64,000 bases of DNA from Marsupella aquatica (lineage: Eukaryota > Plantae > Marchantiophyta). The notes under the pieces were generated by a model that worked only from the letters and a program-made list of their open reading frames with translations, ran no database searches and was not told the DNA's origin. The DNA lies in assembly GCA_973895155.1 (NCBI GenBank), contig OZ316892.1:17474357-17538356 (forward strand). The letters are read 5' to 3'. Of this stretch, positions 39,927 through 53,904 are shown piece by piece. A program made the translations under genes and the position numbers. Each line of letters begins with the position of its first letter. Positions within the stretch are counted from its first letter, which is position 1.

Positions 39927-42900
39927 TTAATCTGAATCGCTGTCAGCACTGCCCATAGCCTTCAAACCCCTTGGTTTCTGCAAGAAAATAAATAGGACAG
40001 GGGTTACAGAATGCCCAGAATGTACCCATGGCTACTTCGTAACGAAATAACAGAAACTTCACCAATTACCTTCTTAACTGCCTTCTTTTCTCTTACTTCA
40101 TAGCGCTCCCGTGTCAGATCACAAAGCCAAGTTCCTGGGCTAATAAACTGCCAACCAACAAGGAACCAACGATTTTCACAGGTTAACTAAGAATCCCAAA
40201 TGTCACAAGGATCCAATGACCTTCTGCATTCAGGGAATCTAAGCTCTCTGAAAGTTTCAAGGTGTTGCTCATAACTTGTGTAAATGCTATCGATCTTTCA
40301 CCTTACAGTGCATAAAGATTTCAACCAAAAGGCTCTCCATCTCATTTCAGCAGTGACATCAACCCAGGCCTTCTAAATTGAGCAATTCTATTTTTCCCAA
40401 TAATATACTTTCATGGAGACGGAAATAAGGCAGACCCTGTAAGAATGCAATTACACTGCATATCACGACATTCTATTGACACATTCTTGTGATAAGATGA
40501 AACCAATGAAAAAATAAGAGACCCTTGTATTTCTAAACTGATATATATTGAAAATGGATTCCGTTAACTATATTATCTTCTAGAAGCATGATGGGCAAAA
40601 TGTTTGCAAGCTTCAAATTTCTAGACGACGGAAAGTGAAGTACAGAGAATTGGCGCTGTAATGGTGCAAAAATCTTCCTGAGCTAAAGAAACAACAATTA
40701 AAACCGTTCCCCATGCATTTCGTTTATTGCAATGGACATACCTGTACATTCTTCTCTACTGTCTTAGGTCGTCTCTTAGGTCTCTGGGGAAGTTTAGTTC
40801 CCTTGATTGCTGTAAAATCATCTTCTTTTTCTTTCCTCGTTAAAGAAGTCAAAATTTTGGGCCACTCAAAAAGCTCCAAGTTCATTTTCTCCACTGCGAG
40901 ATTCTTTTCTGGAAAGGAATCCGTATCAGGTCGCCGAACAGAAAACGTAGCAGCAACAGTATGGCCTCCGCTATTAGAAGTAGGAGCCTTCTCTGCATTA
41001 TAGGCCAACCCTGAATATTGTTGTCTATATTCTTCTGCATCACCTGTCTGCCGCTGCTGAAGATGGTCACATTCACTAAACATTGCTGAGGAGCCAGATG
41101 CCTCGACAATTCTGCACCAACACAATTGAGAAACAACACGATTAACAATTTCTCCTCAGACTAGGTCTTGCTTCAGTGATCGAAAACTACAATATTATTT
41201 CAGCCAATTAGGGTTCATCTGTCGAAGCAGTTCACTCCTGCACATCTCAAGGCATGAAATACAAAGCCTCTGGGAAGTGTGACCGGCGGATATCACAGGC
41301 ATTCCCAGCAGAGGCTACAGACATGTTGAAGTACAGCGTCCAGTAAGCTCTCCTATCGAGCATCGCTAGGAGAATAGAATCTTGTAACTACGGTACTGCT
41401 CCTGCCAGACAATTAAACCTACTATTTTAGAGGTTTAGGCTGTCGACGTACACGAAAATTACGGGTAAGCCAGGTTGAAGAGGATCAGATTAAAGTGGTG
41501 GGCTCCACATCAGGAGATATAAGTGATGCAATTGTTATCAAGGTTTACAAAGAGCATTACATGAATATCATCTGTGACTCTAAAGTAGCGTAATATTCAC
41601 TGAGTGGAAGTTTCAGAAGGATGTGGTGCAAGCCCTGACAGGGTTTCGACACAACCACAATATCATTGGCATAGATATATATACAAAGAAACAGCTAAGC
41701 ACAGAACTGTGGGTCAGTCCTGTTTTTCATCAACGCAGTTGCCAAAAACAGGACAGTAGGAAGCCTTTAGAACAACGCTGGCAACTACATTCGCAACCCA
41801 CATAGGACTAGGAATGAATGAGAACGAAGCAACAACTTTACAGACATCTTTGGGCCATAAACAACTGAAGGTTACCTCCCTCAGAAATAGAGGGCTAAAA
41901 TGGCTAAAAGCTCTTGAAGGGATTCAAGGGGCCAAAAGGAAAGTAAAATAAAACACTACAGAATGGAGTAGAGAGCCTGAGTACTTTCTCGAGTTTTCAT
42001 GCAAACCATCCCTCCCTAGGCAAATGGCTTACTTCACTGCCACACACATGTACAAGAGAGTGATCTTAAATCGTCAGTTGTTTTTGAATAGGACTTGCAC
42101 ACGATACACAATGTGTGGTTGCAGCGTGTATTCTGCTGAAAACTGCTCCTAGCACGGATAACTAGTAGAACGAACCATGAAATAAAGATGGTTCACGTAA
42201 CTCGTCCTACTGGCAGCCGAGTATCCATGGGTCACATATAGCAAACTTAAGGAAAGTGACTTCACAGATGAAGCATCGGGCGGGTTAGACCTATGAAATC
42301 AGGCCTATTATTAGTAAAAGATACTCAACTACAGCCTACTAAATTTGAAACCCCTGGAGATTTTACTGCTGCTAGGCACCGAAAGTTCAGAAGCTTGTCT
42401 ACAAACTTGCAGATGTACCCTCTCATATGAAGATAGCCTGGAGATGATTTCACAAAACAATCAGAGGCTCTGGACATACTTGGAGATGCGAAAACGTTCT
42501 GCAAGTATTTAGTTGGATGGCATTAAAGAGAAGCGTAAGGGGTTCCAGAGCACGCTTCAAAGGCAGCGAGTAAGGTTGCTTGCAGGTTGTGTAAGGCGAG
42601 AAATCTTGTAGAAGAGGTGAATTACGATAGAAATCGAGACGAGTGACACGGATTAGAAAGCACCAGGTTAAAGATTTACATTTTCCCTTTTGTACTTGAG
42701 CTTTCCAAGCCTCCCTGACTACGGCGATGAAACTTCAAAATTTCAGGCTCTACCTGACACCCTGATTGTCCAGCAGTCTGACTTCAGGAAAACCCAATCC
42801 CCTCCAACACAACTAGAGAGTGATACAGCTCACCTGTACAGAACTTCTAATCCTCAGCTTTCAGCACGAGACTTCCACTATCACTAAATGGCACCGAGGT

Positions 42901-45800
42901 AGTTGGAACCGAAACAATGTACCTTACTAATCTTGCAATATGACTAAATCTAAGTATCAGTAGTAACTTCGTTAGAGCAAAGGCTCAGAGGTCCCAGGTC
43001 TCACGGTTACGCCCTCGACAGGTATGAAAAAAAGCACTCAAAAACATTTCTGAGGACCAACTACTTTATTATCGTGGACAGGGGCAGTCGGGCAGATCCT
43101 GGCCTCCTTGGCATGCTAGAACCTGGTTGTGAATATACAATGGGTCCTCATTGGACACAGACACTCTTCGATCCCCTGCCTGTAGCCTATCTTCACCGTA
43201 AGAGCTCAAGGTTAGGAAACGAGGTAGAGGTTATAGGCAGATTTTGAGACGAAGACTTTAAGATAAAGTATAGTAGACAAAACCTCTACTAGAATTTAAC
43301 GAGAAGTAACTTATGGACGACTACGAGTACACATAGCCCAAAAGAGAAACAACGTTCACACCAGCATTGCAAGCAATCAGCATTTGAAGATCGGTACCAT
43401 TGGGAAACAAATGAAAGTACAAGATATTCTTGCTGAGTGAGATGGCGTTCTACTACCATCTCGGCTCTCAAAATAGTCCAATAAAGATTCCACCGTCTTC
43501 CCGAAACCATCCAGTCCGTTCACAGCACAAATCGATAGGATAGCAACTTCAGAGGGAATAAGTAAATTGTCCAGAGGCACCCGATCGCAATTTGGGAACT
43601 GTTCGTACAATGTTCAGAGGGAAGTACACTGTCCACAGGGACCAACAATGTACGAGCAGTTCCCGAAGTCCCTAATCACAAATCACGACAAGTAAGCAGC
43701 AAACAAAGGACACTCAAGATAGAATGCATCAGATCCCTATGATCCCAGTGAATGTCTACCAAACTTACCAGTTGGTTTCTACTCTCTGATTATGAGAGAA
43801 ATAATTATGATAGAATTGATGACGCCCGGATAAACTTACACTATGAAAAAGGTCACAAAATCCATGCCTTCGACCGAGGCTCCCAACGCAATTGAACTCA
43901 AATTGGAACAAGTACTCCACATACATCACCCGCATATCAGAGAAGCCTAGCGGCGTCAAGTAGGATAGACTTTGCAACCACCAACCAGCGTCATGGTTTC
44001 GATATCCTTCATTGACCTTGAGTCACCCATGTGTGAGTTAATCTATCTTTCGCTCTGCCTCGCAACCTCATGGTGTCCTCTTGGCTAGTTCGTTACACCC
44101 ACTTTACTCTCCCTCGTCTATCCAATCATGTAACGGCAACAAAGATGTCGTAACAATGAAAACGAACAAACTGGGACTTACCGCTTTGCAGTTCCTGAAG
44201 CTACCTCGTGTACGGACGCATTTGAAGGTCTGAGACCGTTCCCTCTAGATTGGGAGGCAGGTTGGACAGCAACCTGCTTATCAGCTCTAACAACTCGCCT
44301 ATCCACCCTAATGGATGTCTTCAAAAGACCAGACGGCTCTCTATAGCGTGGACGTTTCCGTTGGCCCCACTGCAACAAAGTTTCACCATCTTGCCCTCTT
44401 CGATTTTGACCTTCAGATTCCTCGTCCATCACTTCGGTAGTTTCGGGTGCTTTCATCTCGACGTCTTCATCGGCCTTACTATCGTCGTTGCGCTCATTAG
44501 CATCTTTCTCGTCCTTCCGATCTTTGTGCTCTTTCTGGTCTTTGACCCCTTTGTGTTCCTTGCTATGGTATGTTGACGACCCCTTCTGTCGCCCTCCAGG
44601 CATCTTCAAAACAAGCTTCTCCTCGTCCAAACTTGGACCATCACCCCCCACCCTTCTCCCATTATCGGTACTATCATCCCCCTTAACAGATTTACTCGGT
44701 GCCTTCCTCCCCAGAACTCCTTGTGAATGATCCGGGCTAAGTACCTGTTGTCTGCAAGTTAACCGTGACCATGACGTTGTGAGTTCCTACTTTGACTTTT
44801 CGCATGCCTGTACCTTCCTGACTTACGACCCTCTACGCACGCCAAAAGCCATTAGCCTTAAACACCAAACTACAAGTTGCCAAAAGAGAACCTACTTCAA
44901 AACGAAGGAAGAACCCGTCTTTCATGCACACAGCAGAGGATGAAGCTGCCTAGCATCGATCGTGTCAGGACTCACAGTCGCAATTAATCCTACTGTAATT
45001 CGACCACATCAGCTATTCCAGGGAAGATCCAAAGTACTTTCACCAATTTAACTAACATATGTGCCTTGAGGGTGACTACTGGTCGCTTCGACAACACCCA
45101 ATTGGTGCTTTCCAGACAAGCCGAATACTTTTCAGCAGGAATTGTAACTCCTCATAGCTTCGAGGCTGTCGGGCATAAAGGTCATATTTTCATCCCACAA
45201 TAATCTGACGTCTGATCTGTTTAGCGTGTCCAAAAATAATTCACCCGGTTCACTAATGCAATAAGATCAATTCTGTTCATTCACATTCCATAATACCGAT
45301 ACATTACAGATAGGCCGAATACGCTTCCGCAGTAGCTTATTAAGATGTCTAATGAAACCCAATTGTGTCACCTTAAGATGCTTAACAATACACCGCATCG
45401 CCATTTCTTGATCACTTCCACCTGTAATACACATGCTAGCGCCCTGCTTAACAGAAGGACGAGCCCCTGCTTAACAGTGAACCGTACGCACAGAGACCGC
45501 CAATGCATACAAATGCGGAAACGAATCTCCAGGCAAGTTGCTTCTACGAAAGATTTGAGGGTCTTGACGATAGGCATGTACTCTCAGGACGCTGCTCATG
45601 ATGCTACTTGAGACAGTTTTCGAAGTGTTGTAAACGTCCAACCAGTAGGTCACCAGGCCTATTTCAAAACTAACAAAATCACAGAGAAGCGCGATCCGAC
45701 AGGCGCTACAATAGTCCTTAATATCCCCGACCAAATTCACTATCGCCTTTAGTACTCCATTGTCCTGAACACACGACGCGCTTCGTGTAACGCACCTCAT
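39927..45800 (-). CDS. DUF1639 family protein, 5 coding exons, ~357 aa
   Basis: Coding exons 45796-45800 (ATGAG|GT), 44182-44751 (QQVLSPD...LLQWGQRKRPR), 40742-41111 (EWPKILTSLTRKEKEDDFTAIKGTKLPQRPKRRPK), 40070-40147 (FISPGTWLCDLTRERYEVREKK), 39927-39977 (KPRGLKAMGSADSDSD*). These are characteristic plant DUF1639 motifs; the first exon is inferred from the family's MR..SPD N-terminus. Confidence 0.9.
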
Positions 45801-46536
45801 CGCAGACGATCTCACCAACTCCGGAACCAACTCCTATCCTTCCCGTCGGCACCGGTCTTAGGAGCAGGGACCGCATGGGTCGCATACAGAACTCCGAAGC
45901 TTCTCTTCTGCGCGCACGAACACAAGGCCAGTCCTCTTCAGAATGATCCCACGACCATGCACTCTAGTCCCCTCGTCGCCAACCCGCTCAGAGCCCGGAC
46001 AATGGACCGATGAACCAAAAACCGTCGTGTTTCATCAAACGACATCATTACAAGCAAGCAATGGGGCAGTCAATCGATCAACCTAACAGACGAGCGAGCA
46101 ACCAGACTCACGCCAGTACCAAGACGTTGATCTCACAAGCAAACCGATCGACTCATCGATAGAACGATAGATCTGCACAACCACTCTCTCTAAAATCACT
46201 CCACTCCAAATGCTTCCAATTCCCTCTACACTCCATGATTCTAGTCCGCCTCACCCCGCATCTGCAGCAGCTCTGCTTCCTTCGTCCTTGGACTTCCTCA
46301 TTCAAGTGCCGGATGACTGTTTCTTCCACGCGTGATGCTGCTCGTCTGCGTCCTCGCCAACCATCGTTCCTCCTCTCGTCTTCAGTTCTGCGTCGATGAA
46401 ATGCCTGTGAGGGAGAGGGAGAGGGCTCACTCTCTCACGAGGGACGAGGGACGACTTAACCTCTCCTCCATCACTTCGTCTGAATCAGAGTCGAGACGTT
46501 TTCTCCTCCTGCGGAAGATCGAGCTTCCACTTTCGA

Positions 46537-47122
46537 ATGGACCCAGATGGACCGGATGCAGCTCGGATGGACTCCACTTAAACATCAGTTCGTACTTAGA
46601 CAACACTGTTTGGTTACGGAAACGTCGGTTGCACTCAGCAAAGTGTCGTTTGTATGAAACTCGTGGGTTTCATTGACCCAGATGGACCGATGCAGCTTGG
46701 ATGGACTTCACTCAAACGTCGGTTCATACTTAGACAACACGGTTTTGGTTACTGAAACGTCGGTTGCACTCAGAAAAATATCATTTGTATGAAACTCGAG
46801 GTTTTCATATGGACCCAGATGGACTGATGCAACTGGGACTCACTTCACTCAAACATTGGTTTGTACTTAGACAACACTGTTTGGGTTACTGAAACGTCGG
46901 TTCACTCAGGAAAGTGTAATTTGTATGAAACTGGGGGGTTTCATATGGACCCAGATGGAGCAATGCAACCAGGATGGAGTATGCTGAACAGTTGGTTTGT
47001 ACTCAAACAATAGAGTTTGGTGACTGAAATGTTGGCTTTATTCAGAAATTTTATCTTTCACATCGAAGTCAAGTTTCAAATGGACCCAGATGGACCAATG
47101 CAACAGGGATGGACTGCTTAAA
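46537..47122. repeat. Tandem array of ~135 bp, 4 full copies plus a partial, abutting the DUF1639 gene promoter
   Basis: ATGGACCCAGATGGAC..ATGCA...TACTTAGACAACAC...GAAACGTCGGTT...TTTGTATGAAACT units start at about 46537, 46673, 46808, 46945 and 47080. Confidence 0.92.
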
Positions 47123-48684
47123 CACAAAGTGAGGAGCCTCCTAGAGCCCCCGGGGTAAACTGCATAGTAGGGTCACAAAGAAGGAGCCTACTAGAAACCC
47201 TCAAACCAATCACTGGTTTTCTTTGTCCTTTCTCCCTCCCTTCCCCCCTCAACCCAGATTGGGCCTTTGACAAATTCTCCCCTCTTGCCTTCCTAGAGGA
47301 GAGCTAAAAGAGCAAGCTCAGATATTGGGGCAGGCTAGAAAGTACTCTCAGGCTGTGTGCTTGTTGGCCCCCTCTCCCCTGCCCCTTTATCAGTTGAGAC
47401 CATTGTTATGGGCAGTCTCTTCATCCCCCTGCAATGGTGGAGATTCTTGGTTTTGTTGGTAGCTGTGCTCCGGACACAGAGTTCTCCAGTTTCCATTTTG
47501 GTCCATCTTCCTTCATCTACCATATCTTGAGGTCCTGACCTCTACCTTTGGAATAAAACTAAAAGACAGCGTTCTCCTCAACTGTGCCATCCTTGGGAAG
47601 GCGTGAACCAAGCCTTGGTTCCAGCCCCCTGCAACATGAACACAAACCTAGAACAGCTCAGAAAACCCAGACAACAAGGTGAGAAGTAATCACATGCCCA
47701 AATCTCATCACCATCAGATGCCACCTACAGAAAGGGCAGGAAAGTTTCTGGCCTTTACCCTTGGGTCTCCACAAGAGATGCCGGGGAGGGGGTGGGGGGT
47801 TATGGCATGAAAGCCTCAACAAATAGTATCATTACATCAGTTCTTTTGAGGGCAGCAAAACAAAAGATGGATCACATGTGAGTTGGCTCTTAGATATAGC
47901 CATCATCCCATTTATTTTGGCCAAGACAAAGGGGCTTATGGGTATGAAAGTCTCAATGAATGGTATGTCATGTTGTCTTAAGGGCCGCAAAACAAAAGGG
48001 TTATCACATGCATTGTTGGCTCTTAGATATAGCCCTCATCCAGTTCTGGCCAAGACGGAGGTAGGTTCAAGGCCAACTCACTATTGTGTTGCTTTACATG
48101 GTCAATGTCTTTGACAAGGGTTTGGCAGTTGGTTTTAGCACCTCAAATCTAGCCTTGAGGGTGGCAAAAGCACCAGCCCCATCATGTATTTGGAGCTGGG
48201 AGATTGCTTTCTGTACAATTTCAATTGGCTGCTGAAGAGTTTGCTTTATTGGCATCTTAGGAGTATGAAAACTAGCCCCAATACGCATGGAGAAAGGGCT
48301 TGCTGCCTAGACTTCTCATGCCCATCCCCTCCTCGCCGCATAGTCTAAATGTGTAAATTTTCTATTATTGGGTACAGTATGGCCAGTGAGTTCATTGTGC
48401 GGAGTATACCAAGTAAGTATTGCCCACGGTTTCACTCTAAGATTGGTAGGTCATGAAAAATAGATTTGATCGAGAGAAATTATGGCCCATGATTTCACTC
48501 CACACTAAATTACAAGAGATTAAGTTCATGAAAAGTAGATTCTGATCAAGAAACATTATGACACATGGTTTCATTCTGAACGAAATCACAAGGAATCACA
48601 AATTGATCACAAAACTACAGCAAATCACAAAAAATTGAAATTTTGATCACAGAAAATAGCAGCCAGTCTCTTCACTCCACAGAG

Positions 48685-48826
48685 GTCATGCACAATAGAC
48701 TTGATCTCTAGTTTTAGGCTTAACTCTACGTCTAGGCTTAATTTCCAAACAGGCCGTCATGCACAATAGACTTGATCTCTAGTTTTAGGCTTAACTCTAC
48801 GTCTAGGCTTAATTTCCAAACAGGCC
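48685..48826. repeat. Perfect tandem duplication, 2 x 71 bp
   Basis: GTCATGCACAATAGACTTGATCTCTAGTTTTAGGCTTAACTCTACGTCTAGGCTTAATTTCCAAACAGGCC is identical at 48685 and 48756. Confidence 0.95.
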
Positions 48827-50659
48827 TTAGGTCAATTTACACGGTTTTGAAAACCGTTCGTGAGTAATAGGGCCTGTCGTGTAATTTTGCAAACCGTTAG
48901 TGAGTACTAGGGCCTAGTGCAATTCTAGAAAGCAGGGTTGATAGAATAGCCTTTCCCAAGCGCCCAACGAGAAGAAGCTGAGCCAAGAGAGCACTCAAAC
49001 AAGTCAGCCTTTCTGATTTTCTTCGAACCTTTCTTTGAGGTTGATCAGAACAAGGGGTTAATAACGTGATTGGAGGAAAGATTGGAGGAAAGAATTGTTA
49101 AAAGTTTTAGTAACCTTCGTGATCCGTTCCTCTGCTCAGGGCTATATCCCTTTGCAACAGTTTCCAAAGCCTCGAGCGAATTGCCCACCACCATGTATCA
49201 CCGTCAAGAAAGTAACGAGGTCCCTCGCCTTCACTCATAGATATGGCAACTGCAACGACGTTCAGCGAAAGCATGCTAGTCATGGACATTGCCAATCTGT
49301 AACTGCCCTGTCCACTATCCAAGTGCCTTCGATGTAGTACAAGCACATGCCCTACTTTAGAACTCTGCAGACGTTGTTGATGCGCAATGTTCGGTCACGG
49401 TCATTGATGGGTACATTTTCCCTCTTCCGTGCAAACGTATGTCGTACCCGATGAGCACCGAGCACTGCGAGCAAAAACAAACCTCCGCTGCAGATCGCAC
49501 AAAATGATATGCTGATACAAACTCGACTCCACACCCGCGTCCGTGTTCTCAGGATATCGGACGACAAGCAACTGACGGCGAATTGGGCTCCTTACTGATC
49601 AAAACTAATTAAAACCTAGGGCATTTGACAAGGACCATGGAGTGGAATAGTTGTTGAAGCCTGCTGCTACGGCAAACCGAATAGGATGAGGCCTCTGCGA
49701 AAAGATGCCTCCGAATGCGCCTACACTACTGACTGATCCCTTTCCTCGATAGATCCTTCTAACCGACATGACCACAAACAATCCCAGACGGGTCCACCTA
49801 ACAACAATATTCGATGGGACCCTCGACCACATAACTCAAACGCCGCCTCCAGAAAGGCCTGCACTACGAGAGCAAAAACGGTTCCGACAAGATGCATACG
49901 CTACACAATCGTCAAGATACAATCGACAACACTAATTATGTCGCCCATCGAGAGTAGCGAAAAACGTGGGCATCTGGCAGTACGGATGTGCAACAAAGCA
50001 CACGCGCACTTCATGACTAGCTCTGCAAAATTTCGATTTCCCTAAATGACTACGGAGAAGGGAATCAAGATCCCTTAAAACGACGCTTACAAGCTACTTC
50101 CTGCAAAATCCGAATAAGATCTGGGGACTCGTGAAAAGCAGTAGCCAAATTCAATCCAAGATCACAAGGAAACCACAAAATCTCATCCATGCAATCGACC
50201 TTTGATGTAAACTACAAGTCACCGAGGACTCTACTCCAATGCTAACATTTTGCAGAGAAACACAACGTCAGGACAAGATCCAGATCTCGAAATATTGCTG
50301 GAAAAGCTCCAAAGTTCGTGGCAGCAAACCACAACGATTCGTTTACTACCGCTTGAACTCCGAACACATACACTACACAATACATCAATTTACAAACTAG
50401 AGCATAAAAGAGGCAAGACATTCACACAGATCTGAGTCCGACGTAGGATAACCGTCCGCGGAGATCGGACGAAACCTAACCGACTTAGTAGGGAACCAAG
50501 CACGGTGGCCATGCTTGATACGGACAGACATCCTGCACTATATACAGAACAAAGACATCAAAGTCTATTTACAGGAACTGAGGCAATTGTCTTGTACTTG
50601 AAATGTCTGCTTCTCATGATCCAATTTTTCAGATCAGCTACAACTTGCAAGCCGACCAT

Positions 50660-51115
<456 letters not shown>

Positions 51116-53904
51116 CTAACCAAATGAACCCTCCCTCCCACACCACAAGTAAACAAATACAACAACAGGAGACCACCACAAACACCAATAACCTCGCGCG
51201 CCTCTTCCTTTCTCCCGACGACCAAACGATCGGCCGATCAACACCTCCCGACCGCCTCCTCCCTCCTTCGAACAACCACAGCCACTTCAGCCACACCCCT
51301 CCAAAGAGCACAGCAGTTCCGGACCTACCCTGCCCCTTCCGAAAACCGAAAAGAACACCAAACGCGTCGAGCAAAGGCAATCGAGTCGAGTCGAGTCGAG
51401 AAAGATAGGGTAGCCGCAGAGGAGCACGAGCCGCCCTGATCCGCTGCGTCGTGCGGATGGTGCAGAATTCGCCCCGCTAATAATAATTGACAATCGAACG
51501 CCCCACCCACGTCTCCACTCCCCTCCCACCGCCAGAGACCAAAATCAACCGATCGATTGCGCGAGAGAAAGCGGAAGCCCGAACCGAATCGCCCACACGC
51601 CCAACGAAACTGAAACTGAAAATCGGAGCACCAAAAGCGCGTCGCAATTGGAGAGAGCGACGAAGCGCAGAGCAAGAGAACACGAGCGCGGGCGCGGGCG
51701 CGGAAAGGAAAGGAAAGGAACGGAAAGGAAGGTCTGCGTGCGGAATGACGAGAGGGGATAGCAGGAGGACGAGAGGTAGAGGCCGACTAGAGGAGAGGAG
51801 AGGAGAGGAGAGGAGAGCCTGCTGCTCTGCTGTGCGGGGTTGCGTCTTGCGTAGGACTGAAGCATGAAAAGCTGACGACAATCACGGAAAGCCGCACGCC
51901 AATGAGAAAGGACACGTGGCGTACATCGCACGGCGCACTACCCTGGGTTGTGAAGCAATGTCTTGTCGGCTCAATTTTGACCCTTCCAAATCAAATCTAT
52001 CGAATATGATATGATATTAATTCATAAATTCGAGTATTTTCTATGATTTGTTTGTTTGTTTTGTTTTTTCTTGGATTTTTTGGGGAAGGGGCATGGCCTG
52101 AGAAACTTCTGATTTGTTATTGAAGTCTCTCTGGCTCAATTTTAATTCATCCGAATCAATTCTATAATATTATTTTTCATAGATTATCCTATCTTTTGTT
52201 TGGCATTGAACTCTATCGTCCATGATCTACTCCAACCAAGAAATGCTCGGCCATAATGTCTCTGGTAGAAAACATTTTGCATTTTAGACCATGTTTGCAA
52301 TTAGGGACGGGCAAGGGAGCCCTTCCTCTACACATGGATAACAATTTTTTTATATGTAGTATATCTTTGCAAGGAAGATGAGCATGGGACTCTGGGTATG
52401 GGAGCCCTAGCTCTGCATACACATGGATCTTACTGGGCTAGAAAATCTACAGTATCTATATTACAATTTGTGACTGGAATCTTCTCTTCATGACCTGTTT
52501 CATTGAGTGAAACTATTGACCACAACTTCTGGGTAACGTAAAATTTTAATATTTGAAACTATGCTTGCAAGTAGAGACGGGCATGGGGAGTATGGGTATA
52601 GTGCCACCATACAATAGTTTTGAGCCGCAAGTTAATTTGCTTAAGCAAAGAGTGGAAAAGTATTAATGAAACTAAAAAGAGTTGTAAGTATATATCTAGA
52701 CAAAAAGAGATGTCAAAGTAGTAATCTCAGATTTGAAGTGACTTTTATAATAAGTGAAGATAACATCACATTCCATATCTATAGCTGACATTTTCTCTTT
52801 CTTCCAATAAGTTAGACTAGTGATATACTAGAACTGGCATGGTATATTCATTTGCCTACATAAGGCTCTTTCCCACTTCTAATAATTATTTTTGAATTAG
52901 TAGGTACAGGTGAATTTTTTTCCAGCATTTAACACAGAGTCAAATGCTAAGAAGGGCCCGTTATGGTCTGAAAGGGAACTTGCCCAGCCTGAAGATAGCC
53001 CTGTCAGGCTTGGACCCTTACATGCCATAAAGCCCTATTCTGAGCACTTTATTGTACTCAGTAGTACCAATAGAGAAGAGGAGGGGTAGTGGTGCGACTG
53101 CACTACCCAAGTTGCCCAAAACCTGTAACCCTGTGACCAAAGATTGAGTAAAAGTTGAACAACAATAGACAGGCAAGAAACGTTTGTGAGCATTCTGGGA
53201 GTAGCGTTCAGGCTACAAACTCTACCCAGACCTCTATCCTAGTATGTACTTACTGTCCAAAAAAAGTTTATTGATCATGAGTTTCCAAGCAAGAGGTTAT
53301 GAGAATTTAGCAAATACCTTTAAAATACATGTTGAACAAAGACCCGACAGTCACAACAACATGCCTATGACGATCCAACAAACAAGTAGTCGACACAAAG
53401 AGATATGTGATTTACCTTAGATGAGGTTACAACGATGTGGACACACAAACACTTTATTGTACTCTAAGTAGGCCCGTTGGCCATACTAAGTCTCCACAAT
53501 ACACATTCTCCCTCTCTTTTCATTGACTCCGGAGTAATGACCTTGAGTTCCTACTATCCAGGCAACCATTGTTTTGGTATATAGTGTGCAGCATGGCTAA
53601 CCCAACCAAGTCCGGGACTACGGTTAGTCTTAACTACAACTGCACTCGTAACTCTAGACCTAGGAGTAGTCAACAACACACTAGTAACCTGTATTTTGTA
53701 CAGAAATTATGTAGTGACAATAATTTCACACTCACACTGATTAAATGCTGACTCTAATAGAGGTAAGAGGTGTAGTGAGTGTAGATGCCTCCAACCATAT
53801 CATAGTTTACACAGCTAATACTAACCATAAAGTGCAAGCAAAACCACTCCTTGGGTACGTTGTCTAGTGTGAAACCCCTAGAAAATGACTCTAATTGAGG
53901 GTAG

